Made by a program: the position numbers and the translations under genes
The notes under the pieces: model-generated
Seen by the model: the letters and a program-made list of their open reading frames with translations, nothing else
Databases searched by the model: none
What the model was told of the DNA's origin: nothing
NCBI GenBank assembly: GCA_046328115.1
Contig: JAXLXE010000005.1
Coordinates: 75,597-139,596 of the forward strand
Direction: 5' to 3'
DNA: 64,000 nt
Source of the DNA: Chloroflexota bacterium
GTDB lineage: Bacteria; Chloroflexota; UBA6077; JACCZL01
Shown: positions 25,163 to 34,530 of the stretch, piece after piece
Layout of the letters: each line of letters starts with the position of its first letter
How positions within the stretch are numbered: position 1 is the stretch's first letter

Positions 25163-26473
25163 ATGGGTGCCGACGTTGCCACGGTTGCCGCTGGCGCGGT
25201 GAAGAGCGAGCCTGAGCTAGTAGCGCGCGGGCTGCGGTGGGTGCGCGCGCGGCTGCTGGGCGTGCTCTTCGCGGGGCAAGTGCTGGGCGGCATCGCGACG
25301 ACGGCGGGACTCTCCGTCTCCAGCATCGCCGGGGCCGATCTGGGCGGATCCAACTCCTGGTCGGGCGTCCCGGGGGCGATCAACGTGCTGGGAGCGGGCG
25401 TGGCGGCGCTACCCCTCTCCCGGGCGATGGGCCGCATTGGACGGCGGGCGGGCCTGGTGTGGGGGTATTCGCTGGGAACGCTGGGCGGAGTCCTCTGCGC
25501 GGCGGCGGTTTGGACGAACGCACTCCCTCTACTCTTGCTGGGGATGCTGCTCTTTGGCGTGGGCAACACGTCCAACCAGCTCGCGCGGTACGCGGCGGCG
25601 GACACCAGCCCGCCATCGACACGGGGGCGGGCGATCAGCCTGATCGTCTGGGCGGCGACTGTGGGGGCGCTGCTGGGGCCGACGATGTTCACGACCGCGG
25701 AGACCCTGGGGCAGCGCCTGGGCCTGGCGGCGACGGGCGCCTCCTATCTGCTCTCCGTGGTGGCGTACGCGCTGGCGGGATTGCTGCTGCTGGGAGCACT
25801 GCGGCCGGATCCTCGGCGGGTGGCTCAACTCATCGGTGGCGGTCAGCCGACAGCGGGGGCTGGCGGCGCGGCGCGCGGTCTGCGCGAACTGCTGTCGCTG
25901 CCGGGTGTGCGGCTGGCGATCGTGGGCCTGACGGTGAGCCACCTGGTGATGATTGCGCCGTCCCAGCTTGCGCCGGTGCTGCTGCGCGATCACGGGCACC
26001 CAATGCAGGTGATCGGCTTTGTGGTGGCGGGGCACGTGGCGGGGATGTTCGCCATCTCGCCGCTCACTGGCGTGCTGTGCGACCGACTCGGTCCACCGCG
26101 GGTTATCGTGGGCGGGCTGTTCTGCCTGATTCTGGCGGTGCTGGTGGCCGCGACGGCGCCGCCGAGCGACGCGGTGCTGGTGGGGCTGGGCCAATCGTTG
26201 CTGGGGGTTGGCTGGAACTTCGGCTTCGTGGCTTCCAGCGCGCTGCTGACGTCGTCGGTGTCGCGGGAGGAGCAGCCGACGGTTCAGGGCCTCGCAGATC
26301 TAGTGATGGGTGTTGGCGCCGCGGCGGGCACGGCACTGGCGGGGGCACTGCTTGGCGGCGTGGGGTTCTCCGCAATGAGCCTGCTGGTGGGTGCTACGCT
26401 GGCGGCGCCACTGGCCCTCTTGTGGTGGTACCGGGGCTCAATGTTCGCCTTGCCGTCCGCGGTTGCCCGGTAG
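25163..26473 (+). CDS. MFS transporter
   Basis: 436 aa with about 12 hydrophobic helices and MFS-like loop motifs (MGRIGRRAGL). Confidence 0.85.
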   Translation: MGADVATVAAGAVKSEPELVARGLRWVRARLLGVLFAGQVLGGIATTAGLSVSSIAGADLGGSNSWSGVPGAINVLGAGVAALPLSRAMGRIGRRAGLVWGYSLGTLGGVLCAAAVWTNALPLLLLGMLLFGVGNTSNQLARYAAADTSPPSTRGRAISLIVWAATVGALLGPTMFTTAETLGQRLGLAATGASYLLSVVAYALAGLLLLGALRPDPRRVAQLIGGGQPTAGAGGAARGLRELLSLPGVRLAIVGLTVSHLVMIAPSQLAPVLLRDHGHPMQVIGFVVAGHVAGMFAISPLTGVLCDRLGPPRVIVGGLFCLILAVLVAATAPPSDAVLVGLGQSLLGVGWNFGFVASSALLTSSVSREEQPTVQGLADLVMGVGAAAGTALAGALLGGVGFSAMSLLVGATLAAPLALLWWYRGSMFALPSAVAR

Positions 26474-26491
26474 GAGCCGGGTACCCCCACC

Positions 26492-28975
26492 CTACGCGAC
26501 GGCGCGCGCCGAATCGCCCGAGCCGTGCTCGGTCAACAGGGTGCTGATCTCGTGTGCGGGGAGCGGGTGGTTGAAATAGTAGCCCTGGCCGAAATGGCAG
26601 CCCAGGCTGCGTAGGTACGCGAGCTGCTCCGCGGTCTCGATACCCTCCCCCGTGATCGTGAGGTTGAGACTCTTCGCCATGGCGATGACGCTCCGCACGA
26701 TCGACGCATCGTGCGTATCGTGCCCGAGGCCGTTGATAAACGTTCGATCCACCTTGAGCGTGTCTACGGGGAAGCGGCTGAGGTAGCTAAGCGACGAGTA
26801 GCCGGTGCCGAAGTCGTCGATGGCGATCTGGACGCCGAGAGCACGCAAGGCGGCCAGGACATCCGCCGCCACGTCCGCATCGCGCATCAACGCGCTCTCC
26901 GTGATCTCGAGCTTGAGGAGCGATGGTGCGATCCCGGCCGCGGCGATCTCCGCGGCGATGTCGCTGGCGAGCGAGCGCTGCTGAAACTGGCGAGCGGACA
27001 GATTGACACTCACGGCCAGGTGCTGGCTGGTCAGCAGTGTGTTCCACACCTTGACCTGGGCGCAGGCCTGCCTTATCACCCACGCCCCGATCTCAACGAT
27101 CAGCCCGGTCTCCTCGGCAACGGGTATGAACCGGACCGGGCTGATCAGCCCGTGTGAGGGATGCTGCCAGCGCAAGAGCGCTTCCACCTCGATGAGCCGG
27201 CCGGAGGTGAGATCCACAATGGGCTGATAGACGAGGAAAAGCTCGCCGCGCTCGATGGCCTTGCGGAGATCGGTCTCGATCTCCAATCGTTCCATGGCGG
27301 CGTGATTCATGCTCTCTTCAAAGATGGCGTAGCCGGACTTGCCGCTTGACTTAGCGCGGTACATCGCCAGATCGGCGTTTCTGAGCAGAGCATCCGGCGT
27401 GTCCGTGGGGGCCCGGCCGAAGGCGATGCCAAGGCTGGCGGTGACGACGATCTCGCGGCCGTCGAGGAGCACCGGCACGCGCAGCGATTCGCACAGCCGC
27501 TCGGCGATCATCCTGGCGTCGTCCGCCGAGGTGACGTCTTCAACGAGGATGGTGAATTCGTCCCCGCCGAGGCGAGCGACGGTGTCTCCATTCCTGAGCG
27601 CCATGGTGGCGCGCTCCGCGACCGCCTTGAGCAGCGCATCGCCCGCCTCGTGGCCGAGGCTGTCGTTGACGACCTTGAAATTGTCCAGGTCCAGAAAGAT
27701 GACGCCCACGCCGCGGTTGTATCGGGCGGCCTGGCGCATGGCTCGATCCAGACGGTCCAGGAACAGCGCGCGATTCGGCAACTGCGTCAGCGAGTCCTCG
27801 AAGGCCAGGCGGCGCAGCTCGCGCTCGAACCGTTTGTGCTCCGTGACATCGTGGAACGTGAGCACCAGCCCCGACACTCCGGAGTCCTCGAGGAGATTGC
27901 TGATCATGAGCTCCACGTGGCGCCATGAGCCGTCGGCGTGGCGAATCCGGATCTCCGTTGTGGGGGGACGGTCGGCGCGAGACGCGGCCTGGTCCAGGGC
28001 GTCCGTAAACGCTGGCACGTCATCTGGATGGACGACGCGGGACGCATCGGTGCCGACAAGCGTGTCCGGAGGCAGGCCCCACTGACGCTGGACAGCGGGG
28101 CTGACGTAGGTGAGGAGTCCGGCGGCGTCGGCGGTGGCGATGACGTCTGAAGCGTTGGCAACGAGCGACTGGAATCGCGAGGCGGAGGCGGCCCGCTGCT
28201 GCTCCTCGGCGGCCAGGAGCTCAGCAGCACGACGTGCGCGAGACTCACGGTCGAACTGGGTGGACATGCGGTGGCCGTACATGGCGGCCGCGCTGACCAT
28301 GAGGACGATCAGGACGGCGATGAGGTGCTCCAGCCTGGAGATGCGCTCGGCGGCCACCTGCTGGCTCGCGAGCTCGTATCGCTGGATCTCAGCAACGTAC
28401 TCGCGGAGCTGTGCGATGGCATCGTTGACGTCAGCGAAGCGGCGATCCATGGTGGCCATGCGGCGACCTGCCGCGGCCGCGTCTGCCACATCGAAGTACG
28501 AGAAGATCAGCCTGGCCTCATTGACCATGTCCGCCATCCGATCGTCTGCGCGATCAAGGTGGGAACGGAGCGCGGCGCGCCGGCCGGAGTCTGGCTCGTT
28601 GTTCAGCTCGGCGCGGCGCGCGTCGAGCTCGCGCTCGAATGTGGCGAGCGCCGCGATCATCCGCTGCCGCTCTGAGGCTACGTCGCCTGAATCGAAGACA
28701 TCGTTGCCAGGGGCGTTGACTTCGCCGGCGAGCTCGCTGAGCTGAGAATACGCGGTCAGGCGCTCACCCCAGCGCTGGTTGACCATCACAGAGTCCGCGA
28801 ATTGCTGGCGGACCATGTGATTCAGGCCCAGCGAGAAGAGCACTGTGCACAGGTCGAAAGCAGCGAGCGCGAAGTAGACGCGGTGCCACGCGGGCCGCCT
28901 ATGAGTGGGCGGCGGAGCAGGGACACGGGGCCCGAGAGGTTCCGCCGTGACATCCGCGAATGCGGCCATGTGCAT
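26492..28975 (-). CDS. membrane-associated PAS / GGDEF / EAL signalling protein (c-di-GMP turnover)
   Basis: N-terminal TM helix plus coiled-coil region, a PAS domain, RLGGDEF (GGDEF), and EALLRW...DDFGTGYSSLSYL (EAL). The start is uncertain (28975 or 29041). Confidence 0.9.
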   Translation of the reverse strand: MHMAAFADVTAEPLGPRVPAPPPTHRRPAWHRVYFALAAFDLCTVLFSLGLNHMVRQQFADSVMVNQRWGERLTAYSQLSELAGEVNAPGNDVFDSGDVASERQRMIAALATFERELDARRAELNNEPDSGRRAALRSHLDRADDRMADMVNEARLIFSYFDVADAAAAGRRMATMDRRFADVNDAIAQLREYVAEIQRYELASQQVAAERISRLEHLIAVLIVLMVSAAAMYGHRMSTQFDRESRARRAAELLAAEEQQRAASASRFQSLVANASDVIATADAAGLLTYVSPAVQRQWGLPPDTLVGTDASRVVHPDDVPAFTDALDQAASRADRPPTTEIRIRHADGSWRHVELMISNLLEDSGVSGLVLTFHDVTEHKRFERELRRLAFEDSLTQLPNRALFLDRLDRAMRQAARYNRGVGVIFLDLDNFKVVNDSLGHEAGDALLKAVAERATMALRNGDTVARLGGDEFTILVEDVTSADDARMIAERLCESLRVPVLLDGREIVVTASLGIAFGRAPTDTPDALLRNADLAMYRAKSSGKSGYAIFEESMNHAAMERLEIETDLRKAIERGELFLVYQPIVDLTSGRLIEVEALLRWQHPSHGLISPVRFIPVAEETGLIVEIGAWVIRQACAQVKVWNTLLTSQHLAVSVNLSARQFQQRSLASDIAAEIAAAGIAPSLLKLEITESALMRDADVAADVLAALRALGVQIAIDDFGTGYSSLSYLSRFPVDTLKVDRTFINGLGHDTHDASIVRSVIAMAKSLNLTITGEGIETAEQLAYLRSLGCHFGQGYYFNHPLPAHEISTLLTEHGSGDSARAVA

Positions 28976-29143
28976 CAGTCCTTGATATGGCTCGGGAGAT
29001 GTCGCTGAGATTCGGACATGCGGCGCCCGCGGACTCGCCACCCCTGATAACGGTGCCGGCCACCTTGGCGTCCCGGCACGGCCCCCCCCGAATGACCCGA
29101 AAACAGCGTTCCACGGCCAGCGTCGCGAAGGCCACCGCTATCA

Positions 29144-29899
29144 TTGGCCCCCGGAGGACTCATGGCTGAGAAGGCGGCACCGACCCGAGCGGCGCCCATA
29201 CTACTGGCCGGTTCAGGCGAGTTTCGCCCGCCCATGCTCGACGTGGATCGGGCGTTGCTGGCCCTGGTGGGGAGCGCCCGACCGCGGGTAGCGATCGTTC
29301 CGACGGCGGCCGGGCGCGAGGCGACGGTGGACACGTGGATCCGCGACGGGGTTCGCCACTTTGGGTTGCTGGGGTGCGAGGCGTACGGAGTGCGCGCAAT
29401 CGATCGGCGGTCGGCGGACGGGACGGAGTCGGTCAGGCAGATCGCCACGGCCGACGTGATCTATCTGTCAGGCGGCGATCCAGGCTATCTCGTGGAGACG
29501 CTGCGCGAGAGCGCCCTCTGGCGGGCGATCACGGCGGCGAGGGCACGGGGGGCGATCCTGGCGGGCAGCAGCGCGGGCGCGATGGCGCAGGGCGCCTGGA
29601 CGATGGTGCGGCCGCGCGAGAGCGGCGGCGCCTGGACGTGGTCGCCGGCACTGAAGCTGCTGAGAAACGTGGCGGTGGTGCCGCACTACGATCGATTCAA
29701 ACAGCGTGGGGTGGACGCGACGATAGCGGATGCGCCGTCTGGCCTGACGATCTACGGCATCGACGAGGACACCGTGATCCTGCTGGCCGGTGGCGCGGCA
29801 CGGGTGCTGGGCCGTGGCGGCGTGACGGTGTGGCACCGCGGGGCGGAGAGCCGGCACGAGGCCGGGGAAGAGGTGCCGCACCTGACGCGCGCCCTCTAG
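29144..29899 (+). CDS. peptidase S51 / cyanophycinase-like (class I glutamine amidotransferase-like) protein
   Basis: LLAGSGEF...RVAIVPTAAG...IYLSGGDPGYL...ILAGSSAGAMAQG. Confidence 0.7.
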   Translation: MAPGGLMAEKAAPTRAAPILLAGSGEFRPPMLDVDRALLALVGSARPRVAIVPTAAGREATVDTWIRDGVRHFGLLGCEAYGVRAIDRRSADGTESVRQIATADVIYLSGGDPGYLVETLRESALWRAITAARARGAILAGSSAGAMAQGAWTMVRPRESGGAWTWSPALKLLRNVAVVPHYDRFKQRGVDATIADAPSGLTIYGIDEDTVILLAGGAARVLGRGGVTVWHRGAESRHEAGEEVPHLTRAL

Positions 29900-30576
29900 G
29901 GCGTGGGCAGGCGGCTAGGGAGCTCGGCCAGGGAATCGATGGTGAGGTCCGCGGCCGCGGCCTGGGGCGAATTGCGCTGGAGCGCGGCCCACGGGCCGCG
30001 AATGAGGAAGACGGTATACAGGCCAGCGGCTTTCGCGGGGGCGACGTCATTGTCCACCCGATCGCCCACGTAGGCGATCTGAGCGGCTGGTACAGCGGCC
30101 TCCGCCACCAGACGGGCGAAGAAGGCGGGCGAGGGCTTCTCGACTCCCCAGGTGGCTGAGGTGGCGATGAGATCTGCCGGAAGATCCATGGCGGCGAGCG
30201 CCACCCGGGCACGCTCCGGCTGATTGCCGACGATGCCGAGGCGGTAGCCGAGGGTCCTGAGCGTGGCGAGACAGGGGCGGGCGTCCGGGTAGAGATCAAC
30301 GGGCAGGATCTCGTCGTCAGCGCGCCCAGCGGCGGCGCGTAGGGTACGCGCCGCGCGGCGGTCGATGCCGGGGCGGAAGTGCTCGAGGGCGCGCCAATGG
30401 TCCTCACCCCGGGCTATGTAACCGCCGAGGGTGGCCATGAAGGCAAAGCGCGGAACACCCAGCCAATCGGCCCAGGAGGACCAGAGGCGGGTTTCATCCA
30501 CGATCGTCTCGCCGATATCGAAGAAGATCCAGCGGAGCGGGCGGCCGTTGAGGTTCACACTCAGGGTTCTAATCAA
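29896..30576 (-). CDS. HAD-family hydrolase
   Basis: IFFDIGETIVDE is HAD motif I; YVGDRVDNDVAPAKAAG is motif IV. Its stop codon overlaps that of the convergent gene within CTAG 29896-29899. Confidence 0.8.
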   Translation of the reverse strand: MIRTLSVNLNGRPLRWIFFDIGETIVDETRLWSSWADWLGVPRFAFMATLGGYIARGEDHWRALEHFRPGIDRRAARTLRAAAGRADDEILPVDLYPDARPCLATLRTLGYRLGIVGNQPERARVALAAMDLPADLIATSATWGVEKPSPAFFARLVAEAAVPAAQIAYVGDRVDNDVAPAKAAGLYTVFLIRGPWAALQRNSPQAAAADLTIDSLAELPSRLPTP

Positions 30577-30734
30577 TCGGCCAGTGTACGGGCCCGGCGC
30601 GCCGGGTTCTAGCCGCGCGGGACCCTTGCCAGGCGACCACGGCGGCGGGCCGAGATCCGCGACACTTACATGGGCACGGTCGCGTTAGCTCATAATGACG
30701 CGGTCGCGGGGGGCAGCCGCAAGCGAGTGAGCTC

Positions 30735-31793
30735 ATGGCGGTACGCGACATAGACCGGCAGTCATTCGCCGGCGGACTGAGAGCGACCCGGCTGGTGTCC
30801 TGGGCGTTGCTGGCGGCCGTGCTGGTGATGGCCGGGCCGGGGATTGGGACGCAGCCCGCGCCGGCAGCCGCGGCAACGGCGGAGCGGGTGCGGTTCGCCG
30901 TTATTGGCGACTACGGCTGGGCGGGGCCAAACGCGTTGGCAGTTGCAAATCTGGTGAAGGGGTGGTCGCCAGACTTCATCGTGACGGTGGGCGACAACAA
31001 CTACGACCTGGGCGCGGCAACGACCATCGACGCGAACATTGGCCAGTACTACGCCGGGTACATCGGATCCTACGCCGGGGGCTATGGGCCCGGCGCCGCG
31101 ACCAACCGGTTCTTCCCGGTGCTTGGAAATCATGACTGGGGCACGGGAAGCGAGCTCCCCTACACGAGCTACTTTGCGCTACCGGGCAATGAGCGGTACT
31201 ACGACATACAGTGGGGGATTGTGCATCTGTTCGCGGTGGATAGCGATACGCACGAGCCGCACGGCACATCAGCGGGCAGCACGCAGGGTGCCTGGCTGCA
31301 GACGCAACTGAGCGCGTCTACGGCGTGCTGGAAGCTGGTGGCCATGCACCATCCGCCCTACTCGTCGGGTACTCACGGCTCGCAGGCATATATGCAGTGG
31401 CCTTACCAGCAGTGGGGCGCGGACGCGGTGCTGAGCGGACACGACCACTTGTACGAGCGGATCGTGCGCAACAACTTCCCCTATTTCGTGAACGGCTTGG
31501 GCGGGCGAAGCCAGTACTCGTTTGCCACGAGCCCGGTGGCGGGCAGCGCGAGCCGGTACAACGCGAAGTACGGCGCGATGCTGGTGGACGCCTACCCGAG
31601 CGCCATCACGTACTCGTTTTACGCGGCGGACGGGACGCTGGTCGACACCTACTCGCAGAGCGGAGGGTGCGATCACCCGGCGACCCGGCGGGCAGGGGAG
31701 ACTGTGACGGCGAGCGGGGTGAACGCGAGACCGCCGCGCAGGGCGAAAGCGCCTGTGACGACAGCGCCGGCCGGCGCTCCGCCGTCTCGATAG
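30735..31793 (+). CDS. secreted metallophosphoesterase (calcineurin-like)
   Basis: Signal/TAT-like N-terminus, then RFAVIGDYG, GDNNYD, VLGNHDW, HHPPYSSG and SGHDHLYER. Confidence 0.85.
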   Translation: MAVRDIDRQSFAGGLRATRLVSWALLAAVLVMAGPGIGTQPAPAAAATAERVRFAVIGDYGWAGPNALAVANLVKGWSPDFIVTVGDNNYDLGAATTIDANIGQYYAGYIGSYAGGYGPGAATNRFFPVLGNHDWGTGSELPYTSYFALPGNERYYDIQWGIVHLFAVDSDTHEPHGTSAGSTQGAWLQTQLSASTACWKLVAMHHPPYSSGTHGSQAYMQWPYQQWGADAVLSGHDHLYERIVRNNFPYFVNGLGGRSQYSFATSPVAGSASRYNAKYGAMLVDAYPSAITYSFYAADGTLVDTYSQSGGCDHPATRRAGETVTASGVNARPPRRAKAPVTTAPAGAPPSR

Positions 31794-31802
31794 GGGGTAC
31801 TT

Positions 31803-32921
31803 GTGACAAGCGATCGACGGGTGCCGCGACGGGTGTCGCGGGTGTTGGGGTTGTTGCTGGCCACTATGGCGTTGTGCCAGGCTGCTCCGACCGACTCTGT
31901 TGACGCGGGGCACGCACCGGTGCGAGCGGCGGCCATTGGCGGATGTCCGATGTTCCCAGCGGACAACGTCTGGAACGCCCGGGTGGATACGCTGCCGGTG
32001 CACCTACGCTCGAGCGCGTGGGTGAACAGCATCGGCGCAAACTCGCACGTACACGCGGACTTTGGATCTGGCACCTGGAACGGCGGCCCGATTGGGATCC
32101 CCTACGTGATCGTGTCAGGATCGCAGGCACCGGTGACGGTGACGTTCCGCTGGGCCGATGAGAGCGACGCGGGACCGTACCGAGTGCCGCCGAGTGCCCC
32201 AATCGAATGGGGCGGCGACCACCACGTATTGGTGGTGGACCAGGACAACTGCACGCTGGCAGAGCTGTACGCGGCAACGAAGCTGAGCGATACGGCCTGG
32301 CACGCGGACTCCGGGGCAATCTTCGACCTGCGCTCGAACGCGCTACGGCCGGCAACCTGGACATCCGCCGACGCTGCGGGGCTGCCAATTCTGCCGGGGC
32401 TAGCCCGTTATGACGAGGTAAGCGCGGGCGAGATCCAGCATGCGCTGCGATTCACGGCGCCCGCCACGCAGAGCAGCTTCATCTGGCCGGCGCGGCACGA
32501 GGCGTCTGACGACGCGAACCCGAATCTGCCGCCGATGGGCGCGCGCTTCCGTCTGAAGAGCCACGTGAACCCCTCGGCGTATCCCGCGCAGGCACGGGTG
32601 ATCCTGACGGCGCTCCAACGGTACGGGATGATCCTGGCCGACAATGGCTCCTCCTGGTACATCTCCGGGGCGCCAGACGAGGGCTGGAACAACGACTGGC
32701 TGCACGCGATGGATCCGCTGAAGGGCAGCGACTTCGAGGCGGTAGACGCCAGCGTGCTGATGGTGAACGCGAACACCGGCCAGGCGCAGGCCCCGACGAT
32801 TGTGGCGCGGCCACCGTCGCGAGGGGGCCCAGGCGGGGGCACGCCTACCGGCGGGATGCCGGGTGCGCGGGTGAGCGTGGGAGCAGGCGGCGTGCCGCAG
32901 GCGCGGCCGCCCGGGCGCTAA
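31803..32921 (+). CDS. secreted hypothetical protein (conserved, unknown function; Gly/Pro-rich tail)
   Basis: GTG start 10 nt after the phosphoesterase stop. Signal peptide LGLLLATMALCQAAP. No family recognised. Confidence 0.6.
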   Translation: MTSDRRVPRRVSRVLGLLLATMALCQAAPTDSVDAGHAPVRAAAIGGCPMFPADNVWNARVDTLPVHLRSSAWVNSIGANSHVHADFGSGTWNGGPIGIPYVIVSGSQAPVTVTFRWADESDAGPYRVPPSAPIEWGGDHHVLVVDQDNCTLAELYAATKLSDTAWHADSGAIFDLRSNALRPATWTSADAAGLPILPGLARYDEVSAGEIQHALRFTAPATQSSFIWPARHEASDDANPNLPPMGARFRLKSHVNPSAYPAQARVILTALQRYGMILADNGSSWYISGAPDEGWNNDWLHAMDPLKGSDFEAVDASVLMVNANTGQAQAPTIVARPPSRGGPGGGTPTGGMPGARVSVGAGGVPQARPPGR

Positions 32922-33748
32922 CCCCGGAGCAGCTCGGCCACGCGGGCCTGGATGCGCTCCAGGTGGGCGCGGCCGACGGGGGTGATGGTGCGGACCAGCG
33001 CGAGCTTGCGATCGACGTCAGCGAGGCGGCCATCGTCCACGCTGTAGGGGTTTTGCTGCAAAACACTGGCGACCTGGGCGACCAGCTCGGCGCGGGGGAT
33101 GGCGGCGGCGTGGTCAAGCAGGCGCGCTAGCTCCGCCTCATCCGCGAGGGGCGCCAGGGCCATGGCCCGGGCAATGTCCAGTCGCTCCTCCTCGAGGGCG
33201 CGGGCGAGGGCGGGACGATCGGCGATGCGGAGCCAGCGGGAGATGGTACCGGGGGAGATCCCGGTGCCGCGGCTGATCTCGCGCACGCCGAGGCCGGAGG
33301 CGGCGAGCAGACGGATGGCCTCCACGCGCTCCTTGCCGCTGAGGTCCACGCGCTGGACATTCTCAACCAGGTTGAGGAGGAACTGCTTCTGCTCGTCCAC
33401 CTGGGTCTTGACGAGGGCCGGGATGGACTCCAACCCCGCGCGGACGCTGGCCTTGAGCCGGCGATTGCCAGCGATGACCCGGTAGCGATCCCCGTCTGGT
33501 GAGACGAGGATGGGCTGGAGCACACCGTGCTCGCGGATGGAGGCGGCCAGCTCGTTGAGCTTGCCCTCGTCGTAGCCGCGACGGCTGTTGCGTGCCTCTG
33601 GCGTCTCGTCAATGCGGTCGATGGGGAGATGGGCGACTCTGACGGGGTGGAGGGCGCGCTGGGCCTCCGCGCCGAGGGCGCGCTCGTCGCGGATTGGGAT
33701 CGGCTGCGCGGCGACCGCGGCGAGCTTGAGGGTTCTAGTTCGGGCCAA
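32918..33748 (-). CDS. parB: ParB/Spo0J-like partition protein
   Basis: ParB N-terminal domain HGVLQPILVSPDGDRYRVIAGNRRLKAS and HTH GVREISRGTGISPGTISRWL. The proposed TTG start at 33748 overlaps the parA stop by 14 nt. The longer track ORF (to 34105) runs through parA in another frame. Confidence 0.75.
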   Translation of the reverse strand: MARTRTLKLAAVAAQPIPIRDERALGAEAQRALHPVRVAHLPIDRIDETPEARNSRRGYDEGKLNELAASIREHGVLQPILVSPDGDRYRVIAGNRRLKASVRAGLESIPALVKTQVDEQKQFLLNLVENVQRVDLSGKERVEAIRLLAASGLGVREISRGTGISPGTISRWLRIADRPALARALEEERLDIARAMALAPLADEAELARLLDHAAAIPRAELVAQVASVLQQNPYSVDDGRLADVDRKLALVRTITPVGRAHLERIQARVAELLRG

Positions 33749-34415
33749 CGACCGGCTCCGGAGCCGCGGCTTGCAGCTCGCGCAGGATGACGTCCGCCAC
33801 CGGCTTCCACAGTCGGCCGCGAAGCGAGTAGGTGAGCACGGCACGGCTCTCTGGCACGCTTGGCAGAACGGGGTGGCCAAACCGAGCGGCAAGCGCATCA
33901 ATCTGGGCCAGGAAGGCCAGGTGCTCCGGCCAGCGGCTCTTGACGCGCACGGGGAGGATTCCGAGCACCTTGGTGAAGGGGTGCTCGTGGCGAGTGTCTC
34001 GCAGGACGATGAGCATGCGCTCGAGGGCACGGACGGCCTGGTGCTCCGGCATGGCGGGGATGACCACGGCGTCCGCGCGGGCAACTCCGGGCAGGCTGTC
34101 ATCAAGCGCGGGGGGCGTATCGATCAACTCGACATCGGCGAAGAAGGGCGGCTGCTCGCCCTCCCCGACGAGGGCGATGTTGCGGGAGTAGCGGCCGTCT
34201 TCACAGCCGTGGTCGCGGAGGATGTCCCGCAGGCCCTGCTGGGGATCGAGATCGCGCAGGAGGACGCGCTTACCCGCGCGGGCGAGCTCGCGGGCGAGGT
34301 ACCAGGTCGTGGTGGACTTGGCAACGCCGCCCTTGCGGTGGGCTATGCAGACGACGTAGCGGGCGGCTGCGACGTGGCCAGCAAGCGCGGGCGGCGTTGG
34401 TGCCTGGACGACCAT
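33735..34415 (-). CDS. parA: ParA/Soj-like (MinD/ParA family) ATPase
   Basis: 226 aa. Deviant Walker A VCIAHRKGGVAKSTT, DLDPQ, and IDTPP (Walker B region). Confidence 0.85.
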   Translation of the reverse strand: MVVQAPTPPALAGHVAAARYVVCIAHRKGGVAKSTTTWYLARELARAGKRVLLRDLDPQQGLRDILRDHGCEDGRYSRNIALVGEGEQPPFFADVELIDTPPALDDSLPGVARADAVVIPAMPEHQAVRALERMLIVLRDTRHEHPFTKVLGILPVRVKSRWPEHLAFLAQIDALAARFGHPVLPSVPESRAVLTYSLRGRLWKPVADVILRELQAAAPEPVVGPN

Positions 34416-34530
34416 GCGCGGGGCCCTCTATCGGGACGAGTGTGGGAATCACAAGCAGTATGCGAGAAGACGTAAGACAGCGGCGAGGCTCGTGGCGGGA
34501 TTGTGATGCTCGTGCGGACGAGCCGGCTGC

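Noticed and set aside
25237-26547. 436-aa plus-strand ORF, same size as the MFS gene
   Set aside because: It is an off-frame reading of the MFS transporter gene. Its Arg/Gly-rich product has no TM helices, whereas the 25163 frame yields 12 hydrophobic segments.
32918-34105. 395-aa version of the ParB ORF
   Set aside because: Its N-terminal ~120 aa run through the parA coding region in another frame and are Ser/Pro/Cys/Arg-rich. ParB homology begins only after the parA stop, so I use a TTG start at 33748 instead; that start is itself uncertain.
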